From: Nitrospirales bacterium | Lineage (GTDB): Bacteria; Nitrospirota; Nitrospiria; Nitrospirales; UBA8639 | Direction of reading: 5' to 3' | Assembly: GCA_965203295.1 (NCBI GenBank) | Contig: CBDBCZ010000018.1 | Coordinates: forward strand, 2,400,001 to 2,464,000 | Length of the DNA stretch: 64,000 nt | Shown: positions 12,246 through 25,039 of the stretch, one piece after another | How positions within the stretch are numbered: position 1 is the stretch's first letter | Layout: the number at the start of each line of letters is the position of its first letter | Program-made: the position numbers and the translations under genes | The notes under the pieces: generated by a model | What the model saw: the letters and a program-made list of their open reading frames with translations, nothing else | What the model was told of the DNA's origin: nothing | Databases searched by the model: none

Positions 12246-13929
12246 CAATGCTGAACTAATTCAAGTTCTTTGAAAACGCTATGCCCGAAAGGCACTACCC
12301 GAGGGTCAATCATGCCCGTTCGTGTTGGAATCTTTGTAATCGCTTCACCCAGCATTGTGCTAGCCTGGCTGAAAGAAGAATGACAAGATGTACCATCTGG
12401 CTGTTTTAGCCACTTGCCGCTTTGATACTTCAGAGATATTCTGTAGCAGTGCTAACAGTCTGATTAGTGATGACAACGCTCGAGAATAACTGGTAGGATA
12501 CATATTCGCCCTAGACTACACCTAGAGCAGAGTTCTCAACATGTCATTTTGTACGCATTGAATGGGGAGGCCATTTTTTTTCCAGTGCCATCCCTACATA
12601 TGGAGTACTACCGTACTCCATGATATAATATTATACTTACTATAGTAGTAACTATAAATAATGCAATAGACAGTTTTAAGTGCTAGGAATGAAGCATTGG
12701 GGGTGGGGCTACCCAGCCTACTTGGTTGATCGAGTTCATGCAAAGGCCACAAGAGCGTGTTTTACTATCATGTCTTCAGGAAACATTTTTATCATCATAT
12801 GTATTACAGTACACAGAAAAAACATTATCAGAAGCAATCTGCTATGTGACACTGTGCCTTGATTTTCCATTGTATGTACATAGTGAACTAACCTGGGTCC
12901 GAACACGAGATCATTGAAGAACTTGTGTGTTCATGATACGTCAGACCGTATTAGCTCTCCAATTCCGATCTGTGAAGGCACTTCCTTATGCTCTGCATTA
13001 ACCTAAACACACTGTGTGTTTACATGGAAGAAATACATTTACATGATGCTATAGATACATATGCATACATGGCAACCACAGTTGGTTGCAAAAGGCAATA
13101 ACTGTTACACTAGTTATAGCAGTTGTGATAGAGACCCCACCAAACATTGTCAGGGACAGCGCAAGACTCTATGTCAAAGACTTTCAATGTCAATGGCTAT
13201 CATTTAACGTCTAACAGTAAAAAATGTGTCAAAGACTAGCTACTTTCAAGTTATTTTGTAGCTACGTCTACAGAGGTTTGCACTCGAAAAAATACAGCCC
13301 TAACAATGCTACAGATAAAAGGGTCATTACTGATCATGAGCAGGGCAAGCTTTCTGGTTTCTACTCTACACAGTCTCCTGCAAGCTTTTGCAAACCTCTG
13401 TACCGACACGGGAGCTAGTCTCGCGAGCCAGACTGTACAGGAGCTAGCTACCCTGGCTGACCAAATTACAGTACAGAACGGGTACATAATAGCGAGTACA
13501 AACTTACATGGCTTGAAATAGCTTTAATCTCCCGTTGTATGAGTGGCCTGACTCGTACAGCAACCTCTCCTCTCCTCCCTGACAAAGATTCTCGACGGTT
13601 CAGCGCACATGCGCAATTATTGTGTGAATGAATGGGGGTGGGGCTATCTAGACCTGTACCTGTACGCATATGCACAGCACTCAGAACTGTGTGGACGCAC
13701 GTATATTATATAGATATTATCTACTAGGTGAATGGGGCGAGCGTGAGCGAGTTCATCATGCCATAGATTATCTATGATCATACGTACATAGCTGACTTGG
13801 ATATGCAGGGCTGGTACTGCATTACATTACAAATTTAATCACAGAGCATGATATAATTTTACATGCAGCGGTATATTACAGTGGTCAACAATCATCATTA
13901 TAATATGGAAGGATATAGTTGAGAAAAAC

Positions 13930-14300
13930 TCAAATGTTAGTCTGGTTTGTACTTATTAAATGCCTTTGAATGCCAGTAACAATATTGAGGCTGTACGTCA
14001 AAGTAAACGGAGGGGCAGATAGGAGGGAAGTTTCGGTGACGTCTTCATCTTGCATGTGCAATCTCAACAAGTTAAGATTGGTGCCAAAAACATTGAGTGT
14101 TAGGAAATCGGTACCAGCAAGAAAGGTGAGCTTAGCACTCCACTGTTTCTTGCAGTGTTTCAGTGCTTGAAGAGCATCGCACTTTGCATGCACATAGATA
14201 TACCCAGCTGTTCAGTTGTGGGGGTGATGAGACTTGCAGACTGACAAGGCAAGCTAAGTACGTGTCTAGTGACAGAACAGCTGCAACCTCAACACCAGTT
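13930..14300 (-). pseudogene. RPA70 C-terminal-like zinc-ribbon OB-fold fragment
   Basis: Frameshifted VAAVLSLDTYLACL..CKS..ITPTTEQLG..AKCDALQALKHCKKQWSAKLTF...LTLNVFG...LLSAPPFTLTYSLNIVTGIQR gives a CxxC...CxKC...C pattern followed by OB-like strands. Confidence 0.5.
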
Positions 14301-14515
14301 AGCGGCCACCAAATTATGCGAGCCACGGTCACAGATGCTGAAGGACGTGTATGCTGCTGTTGTGAATGATGATGACAAGTCGTTGAAGGCAGTTCAGAAG
14401 CTCCCGATAAACACCACTGCAGAGAGGGATTACTCTGCACAGGAGACATGCCACCTTCTCCTTCAGCTACCAATATTCATGTCGCGGCATCGCGGGACTT
14501 CATCATGCTTTGTCC
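14300..14515 (+). pseudogene. Helitron Rep/PIF1-helicase polyprotein fragment
   Basis: EPRSQMLKDVY...SLKAVQKLPINTTAERDYSAQETCHLLLQLP, then after a frameshift ASRDFIML; RxxSAQExxxxL is a motif C-terminal to the Helitron Rep domain. Confidence 0.7.
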
Positions 14516-14792
14516 TTGCGCTGCTGCCCTGCGTTCTCGCCAGCGTACATGTAAGCTTGGTCTCCGCCTTCGCCGTGCTCGCTCGTTCTGTAGCCTTCTC
14601 TCCTCCACAGGGGTTTCGGCCGCTCTCCTTTCTCCGTAGCGCTGTCTGCGCCGTTCCAATATCCGCTGTCTACACAAGTCACTCATTTTCTCTCTCCGGA
14701 GTGCACGCACGTGCATGTTGTAGAGGATTAGTTGCCGCTGAAACGCGCGACAACAGTTGTTGAAATAGGCGTATAGACTATGCACGGACGGA

Positions 14793-14836
14793 CCAGACTA
14801 ACTTTTCGCGAAAAGTTAGTCTGGCCCGCAAGACTA
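14793..14836. repeat. second copy of the TAG...CTA hairpin MITE (perfect 32-bp palindrome core)
   Basis: ccagactaacttttcgcgaaaagttagtctgg followed by cccgcaagacta. Confidence 0.75.
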
Positions 14837-14861
14837 GAGTGCACGCACGTGTTGTAAGGTA

Positions 14862-15038
14862 AAGGGGGGTAACTTCGGACGTGCTTTTTATAGGGGGTAA
14901 CTTCGGACGTACTTTTTAGAGGGGGTAACTTCGGACGTGCTTTTTATAGAGGGTAACTTCGGACACTCGCTAGAAAACGATGTATAATGCTGCGCGCTGT
15001 ATATCGCACATCGGCCTAGCGAGTGTCGGAAGTTACCC
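14862..15038. repeat. four ~29-bp tandem repeats plus one inverted copy
   Basis: ggggtaacttcggacgtgctttt x4; gggtaacttcggacactcgctag is inverted to ctagcgagtgtcggaagttaccc. Confidence 0.8.
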
Positions 15039-15314
15039 ACGTGTCCGTTGGAGGATAATTGCCGCTGAAACGCGCGCCAACAGTTGTTGAACAGGCATAT
15101 GCATGCCAACGTTTTTACGGAATAGACCATGCGCGCACACACGCACAGGTCTACCGGAAGGGGGGAAGGGGGGGGGGGGGGCTCAATCACTCTCACCCAA
15201 AAAGGGTAAGTAATTGTAAAAATACAACAAATAAAAATAATAATAAAAAAGAACACAACAGTTCCAGACGACAGCTTCATCATATGTAAATACATGTAGT
15301 CACAAAGCAAAGTC

Positions 15315-18300
15315 TCATCCACTTGAATCTTGACTTCCTGCTTCTAAATCAATCTTTGTGCTGTTGTCCACGGTATCTGCATTTGAAATCACCACTGATG
15401 CACTCTCTGGTAGAGCTTGTAAATTTTCATTTGGGTGCTCGGATACTGTCGAGCTCCAGCCACTGCTTGCGATGTGTGTGAGCTCGCTACCTGCACGGCA
15501 GTATAAACGTTATACAATAGTCAACATGATATTGTAGTTACAGAAACAATATTATAATAAAGCCAGTACCGCCTCGATACGAATCTGATTAGTATACACT
15601 CCAATACGTACGCATAGCTTATTTGTAGAATCTGAATGCCAGAGCTCAGTATGTACATAACAACTTAACAATTGCATACGCATTAAAGTAATAGCAGGAT
15701 GATTATTGTTTTTGAAAGCACTGACAGGTTCATGCAGTACCACCGTGACTTACTCTCTTCTTGTACAGCCTGGTATTTTTCTGCTGTGACTTTGCCTACT
15801 GGCTTCCTACCCTGGGAGGTGAAACAATGTATGAAGCCGATGATGTAACGAAGAATAACATGAACACTTGGCCATCGTTGCTTCTACCAAGTGAATCGGA
15901 TCAGTTCTAGACTCTACTGGAATCTCTATACGTGCCATATATATCACAGTGACCTAATGCACTAGCTGTCACCATAGTCACTGTTGATTCCAGAGACATT
16001 TTTGCATGCTTAACACAAAGAGGTACACAAGCAGTAAATCCTTAATGGTCCCTCTCTCTATCTGTACATGATCGCAGCCATTCATGCCTTTCATTCTCCT
16101 TGAAATATCCTCAGAAATGTGTGGCCTAACCAGAAATAGAATTTGTGATAGAGCCTAATTATCGAACCATGAACCAAACAACTACTGAACCAAGGGAACA
16201 AAACCTTCAACCACTGCTCAAACTACACAGATGTATGTCTATTACTTTATCCAATCAATGTACTTAAACATTTTTGTACGTATCATTATCTTTCCTTTAA
16301 GATTAAAGCTGTACGTGCAGATTGCTGAAGTATTTTAAAGGAAACACTGACGTACATGGACTTATACTGAAAATAATGACAGTCTCGCGTCTTCAAGACG
16401 ACAAAGACTAGTTATCTAGTTTTTGATCCCCCCCCCCCCACACACACTATTTAAAAGTTAAGTATGCATTACATAAAAGTGTGCCAGAGACAGGACATAT
16501 AGCTAGCAGTTGCAATAATTGCTGCCTATCTGTGATGATAGAGAAAAAGTGATAATGCGTGACAAAGCGGTGAGGTGGTGTGATGGTGAGATTAAGATTA
16601 TGATAAGGATACTGGAGAGTAGTATTGGCAGGGGAGATAAACGGGGAGAGTGTTACAAACTATGTTCGGAAATCAAGGAATTGGTATAGATAGTTGAAAT
16701 GAGGTGATAGAAAGGGCTAATTAAGATTTTCATGAAAACAGGGAAGAGTTTTTGGGCATTTGTTGGCAGGATCTTCAAAAGGTAGTCGTAAGGGTATATT
16801 GCTTCTTTGAGGAGTAATCCAGGTTCATGTGTAACCAGCACTAAGGAATATTTGGAAGTATTATGTGAGCATTATGAAAGGCTGGGTACAGCATCCGTAG
16901 ATGATCAGTTTGATGGTAGCTGGAAAGAGCATGTAGAGCAGAAAGTGACAGAGTATAGGGAAATGTCTAGATTACGGAAGGTTAAGGTTTTGGACAGGGG
17001 AATTATTTTGCAGAAAATTAACTAAAACCCCAAAGAACTAGAAGTCTCTAGCAGAGACATACCGATTGCCAATACGAACACGTGACCAGAGTCCGTATAT
17101 GCCCGGCCCCCATTGTATTCTAGTTGTGACCGTATTAAAAAGGCAGAATGTACCATTGTTAAATAAGAAAGAGCTGGAGATGCAGCGTATGGAACCGCTT
17201 TGGCGACTATCAGGTACACATCCGGACATTTTTTTTTAGATTTCACTGTTACTGTTGTGTTTAACAAACACTTAACCCTGTAAATCGCGAGATAGCCCCT
17301 AATTTTGAGTGGACAAACAATGAACGGACGGACGGACAGACAGAACCAATTGCTTAACCCCGCCGCCGCCTACGCGCCGCGGGGTAATAATAATACAGGA
17401 GGTAATGATGGGCTCGTTGGGGAGCGTTTTAGGTACGGTGGCAAAGGAGTAGCTACATGTAGTCTGTTGGAAGTCTTATATGAAGTAGTTTGGACAGAGG
17501 AGAGTGTTCCTAAACAACAAAGACAAGTGTTAACTTTTAGCTTGTATAAGAAAGGTGATACTGAGGACCTGGGCATTTACAGAGGCATTACATTATTGAA
17601 CGTGGGAGGAAAATTGTTCTAAACAATCGCATAGTAATCACATTAGAATGAGAAAGAAGCACCTGCCCATGCTGTCGACCCAATTTGTAATTAACACACA
17701 TACATGTATGTACGAAGGTACGTACATACAAAGTATATACAGGTTTATACTGGCAGTTTGAAGTGATACAGACCTGTTTTTTTAGCGTTTCTACTTCAGA
17801 TATCCTTTCTTGCAAACGACTTTCACATGAATCCAGGTGCTTCTCCATAGAAACATAGCTATGTACATATGTAAAACATTGCATACATTACTTTGAAACT
17901 AACTGTGAAAGCACCACAACTACATGTAACATGAGCAGTTAAACATGCAATGATTAGTATGCAGCAGAGAGTGAGCCAAAACTAGTAAAGCCTATTACAA
18001 GCTAAGATGGAAAATGTGTGTGTGTGTTTCGTATGCATGATACCCATACGCAGCCTTGACAGAGTAGGGATAGTTCAGAGCTATATATATGCAGTCTCTA
18101 CAATATTTCTGCCTTGCTTTCCACATAATTAACGTACCTCAGATCTTTAGCCATTGAGTTCTTCTTGTAAGCAGCCAGTTCTTTCCTTAGTTCAGCTATA
18201 ACAGCATCCTTTCTTTGGCTCTCAGACTCAAACGGAGCCTGCCTACAGACTCTGTCAGTTAGACACTGCACTTGATAATCCTGTAAAACGTGGCATGTAG

Positions 18301-19248
18301 TCTGAATATGTACGCAACAGGTAATTTCAGAATCCAGTACACAAACCTTGAAAAGCAAATACATGTATGTACATAGTCAGCTGTGTACATACATGCACAT
18401 GTAAGTAAGGGCCAATGATCAGAACAGGCTGATGGCCCACTCAGACTAACCATCTTTTCGAGTGTATACAGCAAGTTTTCCAGCAAGGAAAATAAACAGC
18501 TTAGTAGAAAATGTGCATCACAATAATGTGTTCTACGACACCAAGAGCAACTATCCTGTGCTATCTATTTTGGCATGCATGTAGGAGAGGGATGTAGCTA
18601 GAATGAGATTCCATGAGTAAAACTATACCTTCTCAATAAGGGCATCATGTATACGTAGCAAAAAGTTGCTTTCAGAATCCTCTCCTGCTCTTGCTCTTTG
18701 TTCCACAGCATCCAGTCCTAAAACAGGACCAAGAACAACAATATGTACACACATATACAGTAGTAATCATAGCAGGCTTATGGTACACTGGGTGAATGCA
18801 ATTAATGAGTGTCACATCAGGGGTGGGTACAGCTACTAAAAGTGTGTGTGTGTGCGTGTGTGGAAACAAGGCTACGTTGCACTAGACACTAGATGGGTAC
18901 CAACTGGTGTGAAGGAAATTTTAACATCAATCCAGGTTGCTTCTGTGTGTGTGTGTGAGGGGGGGGGGGGAGGGGGCTCAACCCTCCTGCACATGTATGA
19001 CCAGATTTTGGAAACATAATACTCATATGGCCCACAGAAATTCCAGAAGTACTGTAAAAATAATTACATAATTATATTATCATAAAAATTTCAAAAGTAC
19101 TGTATAAATAATGGTATTGAATGTCCAACTCAAATAAAACCAATAGTGCAGACTTACTTTTTAACAAGTCAAACCTACCGTGAGTATTCCTTCCTTGGTG
19201 TGGAGAACTGGGATCTGATACAGTTGTCTCATCATGTATTAAAATGGG
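15315..19248 (-). CDS. 3' six exons of a spliced gene encoding a coiled-coil protein of unknown function (5' exons uncertain, probably extending toward ~21087)
   Basis: GT-AG exons 19248-19158 (or -19179), 18717-18629, 18238-18138, 17858-17774, 15811-15754 and 15490-15315 have matching phases (1,0,2,0,1) and splice into one open frame: PILIHDETTV...LDAVEQRARAGEDSESNFLLRIHDALIEK APFESESQRKDAVIAELRKELAAYKKNSMAKDL SYVSMEKHLDSCESRLQERISEVETLKKQ GRKPVGK...DSSG*. Confidence 0.6.
16530..17625 (+). mobile_element. non-LTR retrotransposon (LINE) ORF2 fragment, interrupted by a non-autonomous Helentron-like element
   Basis: GGNDGLVGERFRYGG...VWTEESVPKQ...LYKKGDTEDLGIYRGITLLNVGGKLF matches the RT N-terminal subdomains (YKKGD...YRGITLL). 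The upstream part matches the copy at 30769-31240. Confidence 0.85.
17036..17390 (-). mobile_element. Helentron-associated (HINE/DINE-like) non-autonomous element, copy B
   Basis: Minus strand: ttattaccccgcg...cggggttaag hairpin, gtcc microsatellite, and 3' ggtatgtctctgctagagacttctagtt. Both ends are shared with 24033-24487. Confidence 0.65.
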
Positions 19249-21152
19249 CTAAATGAAAAAGAAGAAAGGAAAACGTTGCTTGAGGCTGCTTCTCTGCTAA
19301 CAACTGCATCCAAAAAATACACATCACTGGCTGACGGTAGTTGCCGATACGTACATGTATGCATGTGTAACAGACTGTGACTAAGATAGATTTTGTTAAT
19401 AGGTGATAGTCACTGGTATGTGTTAGTAGTAGTTGTGCTACAGACAGCTAAAGTAAAGTAAAGTCAAAGACGGTGATAACTGATGGGGTCTAATAAAGTG
19501 TTCAGATGTGCAGGTTTGCTCTGCAACATACTCCATAATGATCTCACACTAAGGCCTAGCCACACTTATCACTCTATGCTAGCTGACCACTCAAGAGTCA
19601 CTACTCTGGCAATATTGCAATGTTGCTAGCAGTTGCACACAATTTGGAGATCCTGTCCATATTTTTTACAGGTGGTCTGACTTGCACAGTGTTTACACTC
19701 TACATACACTTTCTGTGACAACCTTTCGCAATTAATTCATCCTCAATATAGAATTGGCATGTAGTACATGGAAATTTCTACAGCTACATCTACTTGTACA
19801 CGTACATAGCAAGTAGCTCAGCTGAAAGCTGAAGAGTTTGCGATGTACATGTAATACCTACTGTGCATACATGATTGAACAAAACTAAAAGAATTGACAC
19901 TGTGTCGTAGGGATACTGCTTCTGGAGCTGCAGGATGAAGCACTGCAGCTGTCGTGGTAGCTGAAAAACGTCAATGAAGTTACATTGACTTGCTAATATA
20001 TGACTGAAGCTTAAACATTCTGACAATGCAAGTAAAGCTGTACGTTTGAGAAATCTATACCCACACAGCAATTTGCACACTGATCCCCCTCTGAAATACA
20101 CTTTCACATAATACATGTAGAAACAAAATCATAGCTGCTAAGTTCCAACTGAAATCCAGATGTGTCTGGAATCTTGGTCCTGGAAGAAATGGTCCAAGGA
20201 CCAAAATTTCAATTGGAAAATTGACCCCCCCCCCCCCCCCCCCCCCCCCGAAGCTACATCTTCCAGCAGAATTGCCAATTTTGATACCCACCAAGCTTTC
20301 AGCACAGTAGGTCCTACATCCCCTACCTTGAAAATGTTGGTCCCCCTTTGGATGTACTATGGCATAGTTTTTATCAAGCAATTTAACTGAATATCTGCAA
20401 ATATACTACTTCTCACATCTGCTACAGTACCATGTAGTGTTGCTAAATAATGCTGTATGTGGTGCATTGATGCAGGAATCTGTCTCGATGGTACTGGTGA
20501 TGTAAATTTTGAGGCTTCTGGCATTAGCTGTCGCCCATGACAACAAAACATGCCAATACACTCGCTATTACAATGCAGGCTACTGTAGCTATCCACCACA
20601 TTGTAGTTGTCTAGTGCGCAAGACAGTAGCAGGTGGAATTCGCTTGTGGAACAGTTCCAACATGGTCGGATTATTATTTTCGTGGAGAGATCAAAAGTTT
20701 CAGGGGGAATTCCGAAAATGGTCTGCCCAGACCAATATTCCAGAAATTTTGGTCTTCCAAGATCAATTTGTTCACCAGATTGTGTTATGTCAATGATGCC
20801 ACATAATATCAGGAGCGCATGAACCACTACACAAATCCATAGTTGCAGTGACATTCCAGCTGTGTTCATTCAGTTGGATACCCACTTGAGAAGTATAACG
20901 TACGGTGAGTGCAACCGCTATTAAAACATAGGACCCCAATTAGACTGGTCATGTTTGCCCACTGGTGTATACTAAACACTTGCCTCTCTCGTAGGTCTTG
21001 ATCTACGATCGATTCTTCTTGGACAACAAACCCGCACGTATAATAATTATAGCACTTTCGGAATCCGTGGAAGAGGGCGTGGCTCATACACCGTAAACAC
21101 CAAATATTTATTCAGCCATAGATATTAATATTAAAAGTCCACGTGGAGTCTG

Positions 21153-23267
21153 ATGTCTATGATTCAGCGAACATCTTGGTTAGGCATCTGGCTAGCTAGT
21201 GCTGTGCAGTTATGCGCTTTTGGTAGCCATAAGAGAGTTCTGCAGAACCCTGCCAGCCCCGTCGCCGAAGGGTTGGCTTGCGAGTCCGTAGGTGAAGGCC
21301 TGCTGAGACTAGAATGGCAGCGATGGTTCTGCCCTTTGCAATGACTTCACAAGAGCTGGCTACTTCCTACGAAGACAAAACACATCTGAAAGTTGGATAA
21401 TATTTCTCGAGAGTGGAGGTCTGTGCTACTCTAACGAGACCTGCGTTTCTTTTTAACTAAGGTGAGCAGGAGATCCCATCTTCCAGCTAGAGGTGACAGC
21501 CAGCGAAACAACGTATTGTACTAAAACTTTGACCCTTACATAGCTAACTTCAATACGCTGTTTTGAAAACAAGACTGATTATTTCCCACAGGGTTTCTCC
21601 GTGCAAGGGACCGATCTACTGGATGCAAGCTGCGAAGAGAACCCACTGTTCTGTGTTCCATACTGTAGTAGTGACTTATGGCTAGTACTGAGGCTGGTGG
21701 AACAAGAAACAATACTGCAGCAGATGGAGAATGCACTCAGTGCTTTGATTACAGTAAGCTTAAGCAATTATGTGTAGAAGTCTGTCTGCACAGCTATAAC
21801 AATAGCTGTAACTAGAACGTTAGACATACAACACTACAATATAGCATGACCTGGTGAAGCAAATAATTTTGTGTATAATGAATGTTAATAATTACTGTAG
21901 TACTCATATGTATGGATGGCATGGAAAAAATTTATTATAGTATGTATACACTCTACACCCCACACAGTGGTATTGATGGTTAAGGTAAAGCAAAAACCAG
22001 CGAATCACTACATGAAGCCTCTGTAGCTATTCAGTAATCCAGCCCACCCACCCCTCCCTTCATTCAGATTAAAAAACTGAAGATGCAAATGAAATTATTT
22101 GTGCCATTAATTAAACTCCACCCCTTCACTCGACATTCCCAGAAAGACATAATTATCTTTGCAAGCAAATTATTAATCTGTAGTACAGCATATGGTCTAA
22201 TGTTAGCATTGCAATGTAGAGCAGTGTAGATTGCAAAATTACTAGGACAAACGTAAGGTGACATTCTTGTGACTACAGTGGAACCCCTCTTAGAGGACAT
22301 CCCATTTATACGTCTGTGTTAAGGACACTTTGCTGTGTCCCAAATAATTATGCTTTCTTAATAATAAATCTACCCCAGAAATGAGTCTATACAGGACACG
22401 GCACCAGGTTCCCACAATAAAGAGAAATTCCACTGTATACCATATGGTGTACTGCCCCTTTGGCTAGCATTATGTAGCTACATACGCAGTGCTAATTATT
22501 GCTCACTTTTCTGTTACTGACCAACAGAATGCCTGCTTCAGATACGATCCTCGTAGTGAGAGTATCCAGTTCACCTACCGTGGGAGAAGAATATTCATGT
22601 CTGTAATCAGAGACCTGCTGGCAATGGGAATGGATGGAGCTACTGAGATTGTTCGGGCTGGCTCCAGTGCTGGGGGCCTCGGGAGACTGAATAATGCTAA
22701 ATGGCTGCAGAGTGAACTGCAGTGTGTTGGTTCAGCTGAGCTAGTTGTAATTTTTGATTCAGCCTGGTTTATTGACTTCCGAGGAAGTATCTATCAGATG
22801 TTTGATGGCACTGTTAACCATGCTGAAACTGAGGCCCACATGCAGGATAACCATATAAAAGGCAATGAAGCCTGTACTGATGTCCGCCTTGGCTTTCCAT
22901 GTTACTTTTCTCCTTTCTGCCTTTTTACCCAAACAAATGAAGCTGGTGAAAGATACTACCCTGCAGTACCTACTTTTAGAATCTTCAGCTTATTATGATG
23001 TTTACCTTCTGGCTACCTCGCTCACTGGATTAGAAACTATTCCAAACAGTGGTGTCGGGTATGATGCTCTTCTAACAACTGGTGCATATGGAGGTGAAAT
23101 GATAAAACAGTTGTTTTGACAGAAAGCAAAACCACAGTCTTCAGCTACTATGCAACTCAGTGTTTACAGCAAGTGTACCTTGCTACATCTACTCTTTGGG
23201 GGCTTCCTGGAGCTAACGTGTTTGGGAGGGCAACTGCAGAGCTGCAGAGGGATTCAGGATCTTTCAT
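21153..23267 (+). pseudogene. notum: Notum/pectinacetylesterase-family alpha/beta-hydrolase domain, exons 21153-21753 and 22528-23267, with frameshifts and stops
   Basis: Signal-like N-terminus; ALCNDFTRAGYFLRR...WIIFLESGGLCYSNETC; LLDASCEENPLFC-VPYCSSDLWL; FTYRGRRIF; AGSSAGGLG (nucleophile Ser); VIFDSAWFIDF; YDVYLL; FSYYATQCLQQVY. Family-level call; orthology to Notum not established. Confidence 0.85.
22276..22435. mobile_element. Tc1/mariner (pogo-like) MITE in intron 1
   Basis: TA|cagtggaa ... ttccactg|TA. Confidence 0.7.
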
Positions 23268-23654
23268 GTAAGGCAAATGTCTGTTTCACGGGGAGTTGAA
23301 ACCTGGCAGCTGGGTAAAATCAACCATGACATACTCATGGCTTTTAGATTAATAATCGAAGAAGCCAGCCTGTTAAGATTTTAACAGTTAGTATTATATC
23401 CATAACATTGAGGCACACTAGCTGCTAAATGGACTTGTTACTTCATCTGTTTAATGACAGGGTTGAAACTGCTTCATGACCCAACACAAACAGCTGCTGG
23501 TATGATTGTGTAGTGTATACATTTCTTACTTGATGCCAATCTCCACAGAGGTCATTTAAATAATTGGCTAGCATAATAAAGAGGACATCCAATTAGTCTT
23601 TTTAGAGCTTCCAAATTACATTGTAGTCCTTTGCGTGGGTGGAACAAAGGTACT

Positions 23655-24022
23655 GACAGGGCAATATAATTATGCCAGGGCAATATATGCCTTAGAGCCT
23701 TGAGTGCGCTCATATTGCCCTGCTGTCTATAACCTACTCACAGCACATGCACCATCCAGCACTGATTACATAACAGTGACTGCTGATTACATAACAGTGA
23801 CAGCCGATTACAACTTGCACAGGCTCAGTGTAGTACTACCCCAAGCTGACAGAAGCCACTGGGCTACAAATCAGTTAAACCCTGCTGCCTGTATGGGTTT
23901 TAGAGTACACTAGTGCAATAACAATTAGAGCCCTGGGCTCTAATTGTTATTGTGCTCTAGTTGTTATTGCCCAGTGTATACTCTGAAACCCATACAGCCC
24001 TGGGTGGCGTGGTTTATCTAAT
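23655..24022. mobile_element. non-autonomous element with terminal palindrome (23889-23997)
   Basis: ctgtatgggttttagagtacact...aattagagccctgggctctaatt...agtgtatactctgaaacccatacag, followed by gtggtttatcta, which also occurs near the right end of the Crypton element (~43966). Confidence 0.5.
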
Positions 24023-24032
24023 ATGTAGACCC

Positions 24033-24487
24033 TTATTACCCCGTGCGCGTATGCGCAAGCGGGGTTAAGTAATCGGTTTTGTCCGTCTGTTGTCGTTGTC
24101 GTCGTCGTCGTCGTCGTCTGTCATGAAAAAATTTGAAAAATCTCTCAAATGGGCGATTTAGAGGCTGTAACGACTTCTAAACAGAAGCCTAACGCTGAAA
24201 TCCGTGATACATTAGCCTGTCTGTACCTGATATAGTAGAAAGCGGTTTTATTCTCGGCATTTCCACGCTGTTTCTGATTATCGGTGTGTTCCACCATTTT
24301 TTTTACTACGGCGCGGACATACGCGACCCCTCGAGTATGGTATACGAGTCTTGTACTGGAGTATACATAGAGAAACGCATGTATCATTACTACGGCGATC
24401 AGCCACGCCTACAGCTCGTATACGGCGTTACCGTCTGCGGCAAAGTCCAGGAGCGCGGGGTATGTCTCTGCTAGAGACCTCTAGTTT
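24033..24487 (+). mobile_element. Helentron-associated (HINE/DINE-like) non-autonomous element, copy A
   Basis: ttattaccccgtgcgcgtatgcgcaagcggggttaag hairpin, (gtc)n microsatellite, 3' hairpin gtctctgctagagac followed by ctctagtt. Confidence 0.65.
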
Positions 24488-25039
24488 ATATTTTGGAGTT
24501 TGTACAGGAGTAGCTACCAAATGTTTATGGAGACCAAAGAGCATAAATCGAATTGTCATATGTGGCTGAGGGGATGAATGCTACTAGTACTCAGCAGCTT
24601 CTCCCTGGCTTCACCATGCACTTCTGATCAGAGACTGGCCAGATGATGTAGCTAAGAGTACTAGCTACTGTGTATTCTGAGTGTTCTGGTGATACTAGCT
24701 GCAGCTTGGATACAGTGAATATAGCATTACATTTTAGGGAATCCAATAACATCATTGCAGTGTTGGTTCTATGAAAGCCATGCTGTACGGCTGTCAATGA
24801 CTGCATATACCATTTCCAAGTGACTTCCTCACATTTGCATGAGATGCAGTCATTATCTATGTTTTCAGTCTCCATGAACACAATACTGACCAATATTTAT
24901 CACTCAAACTGCATGCACATGCACGTGTACACACACACACACATACATACACACACAGGCACTTGGTAGAGGCTGGTATTTGGGAAACTTGCCAACTAGC
25001 AGGACCTACAATACAACAAGCACTCATACAGTAGTATAG

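Larger units (their letters stand above)
13724..14700 (-). mobile_element. internally deleted and rearranged Helitron derivative
   Basis: Minus-strand 3' end ctcgctcacgctcgccccattcacCTAG at 13724-13752, RPA-like fragment, Rep fragment, and an Arg/Glu-rich N-terminal piece (ERRRQRYGERRAAETPVEERRLQNERARRRR). Confidence 0.55.

Noticed and set aside
20357..20869. 170-aa ORF with a hydrophobic N-terminus
   Set aside because: It spans a repeat-like ggacca/ttggtc segment and probable intron sequence; only ~20430-20528 is a candidate exon.
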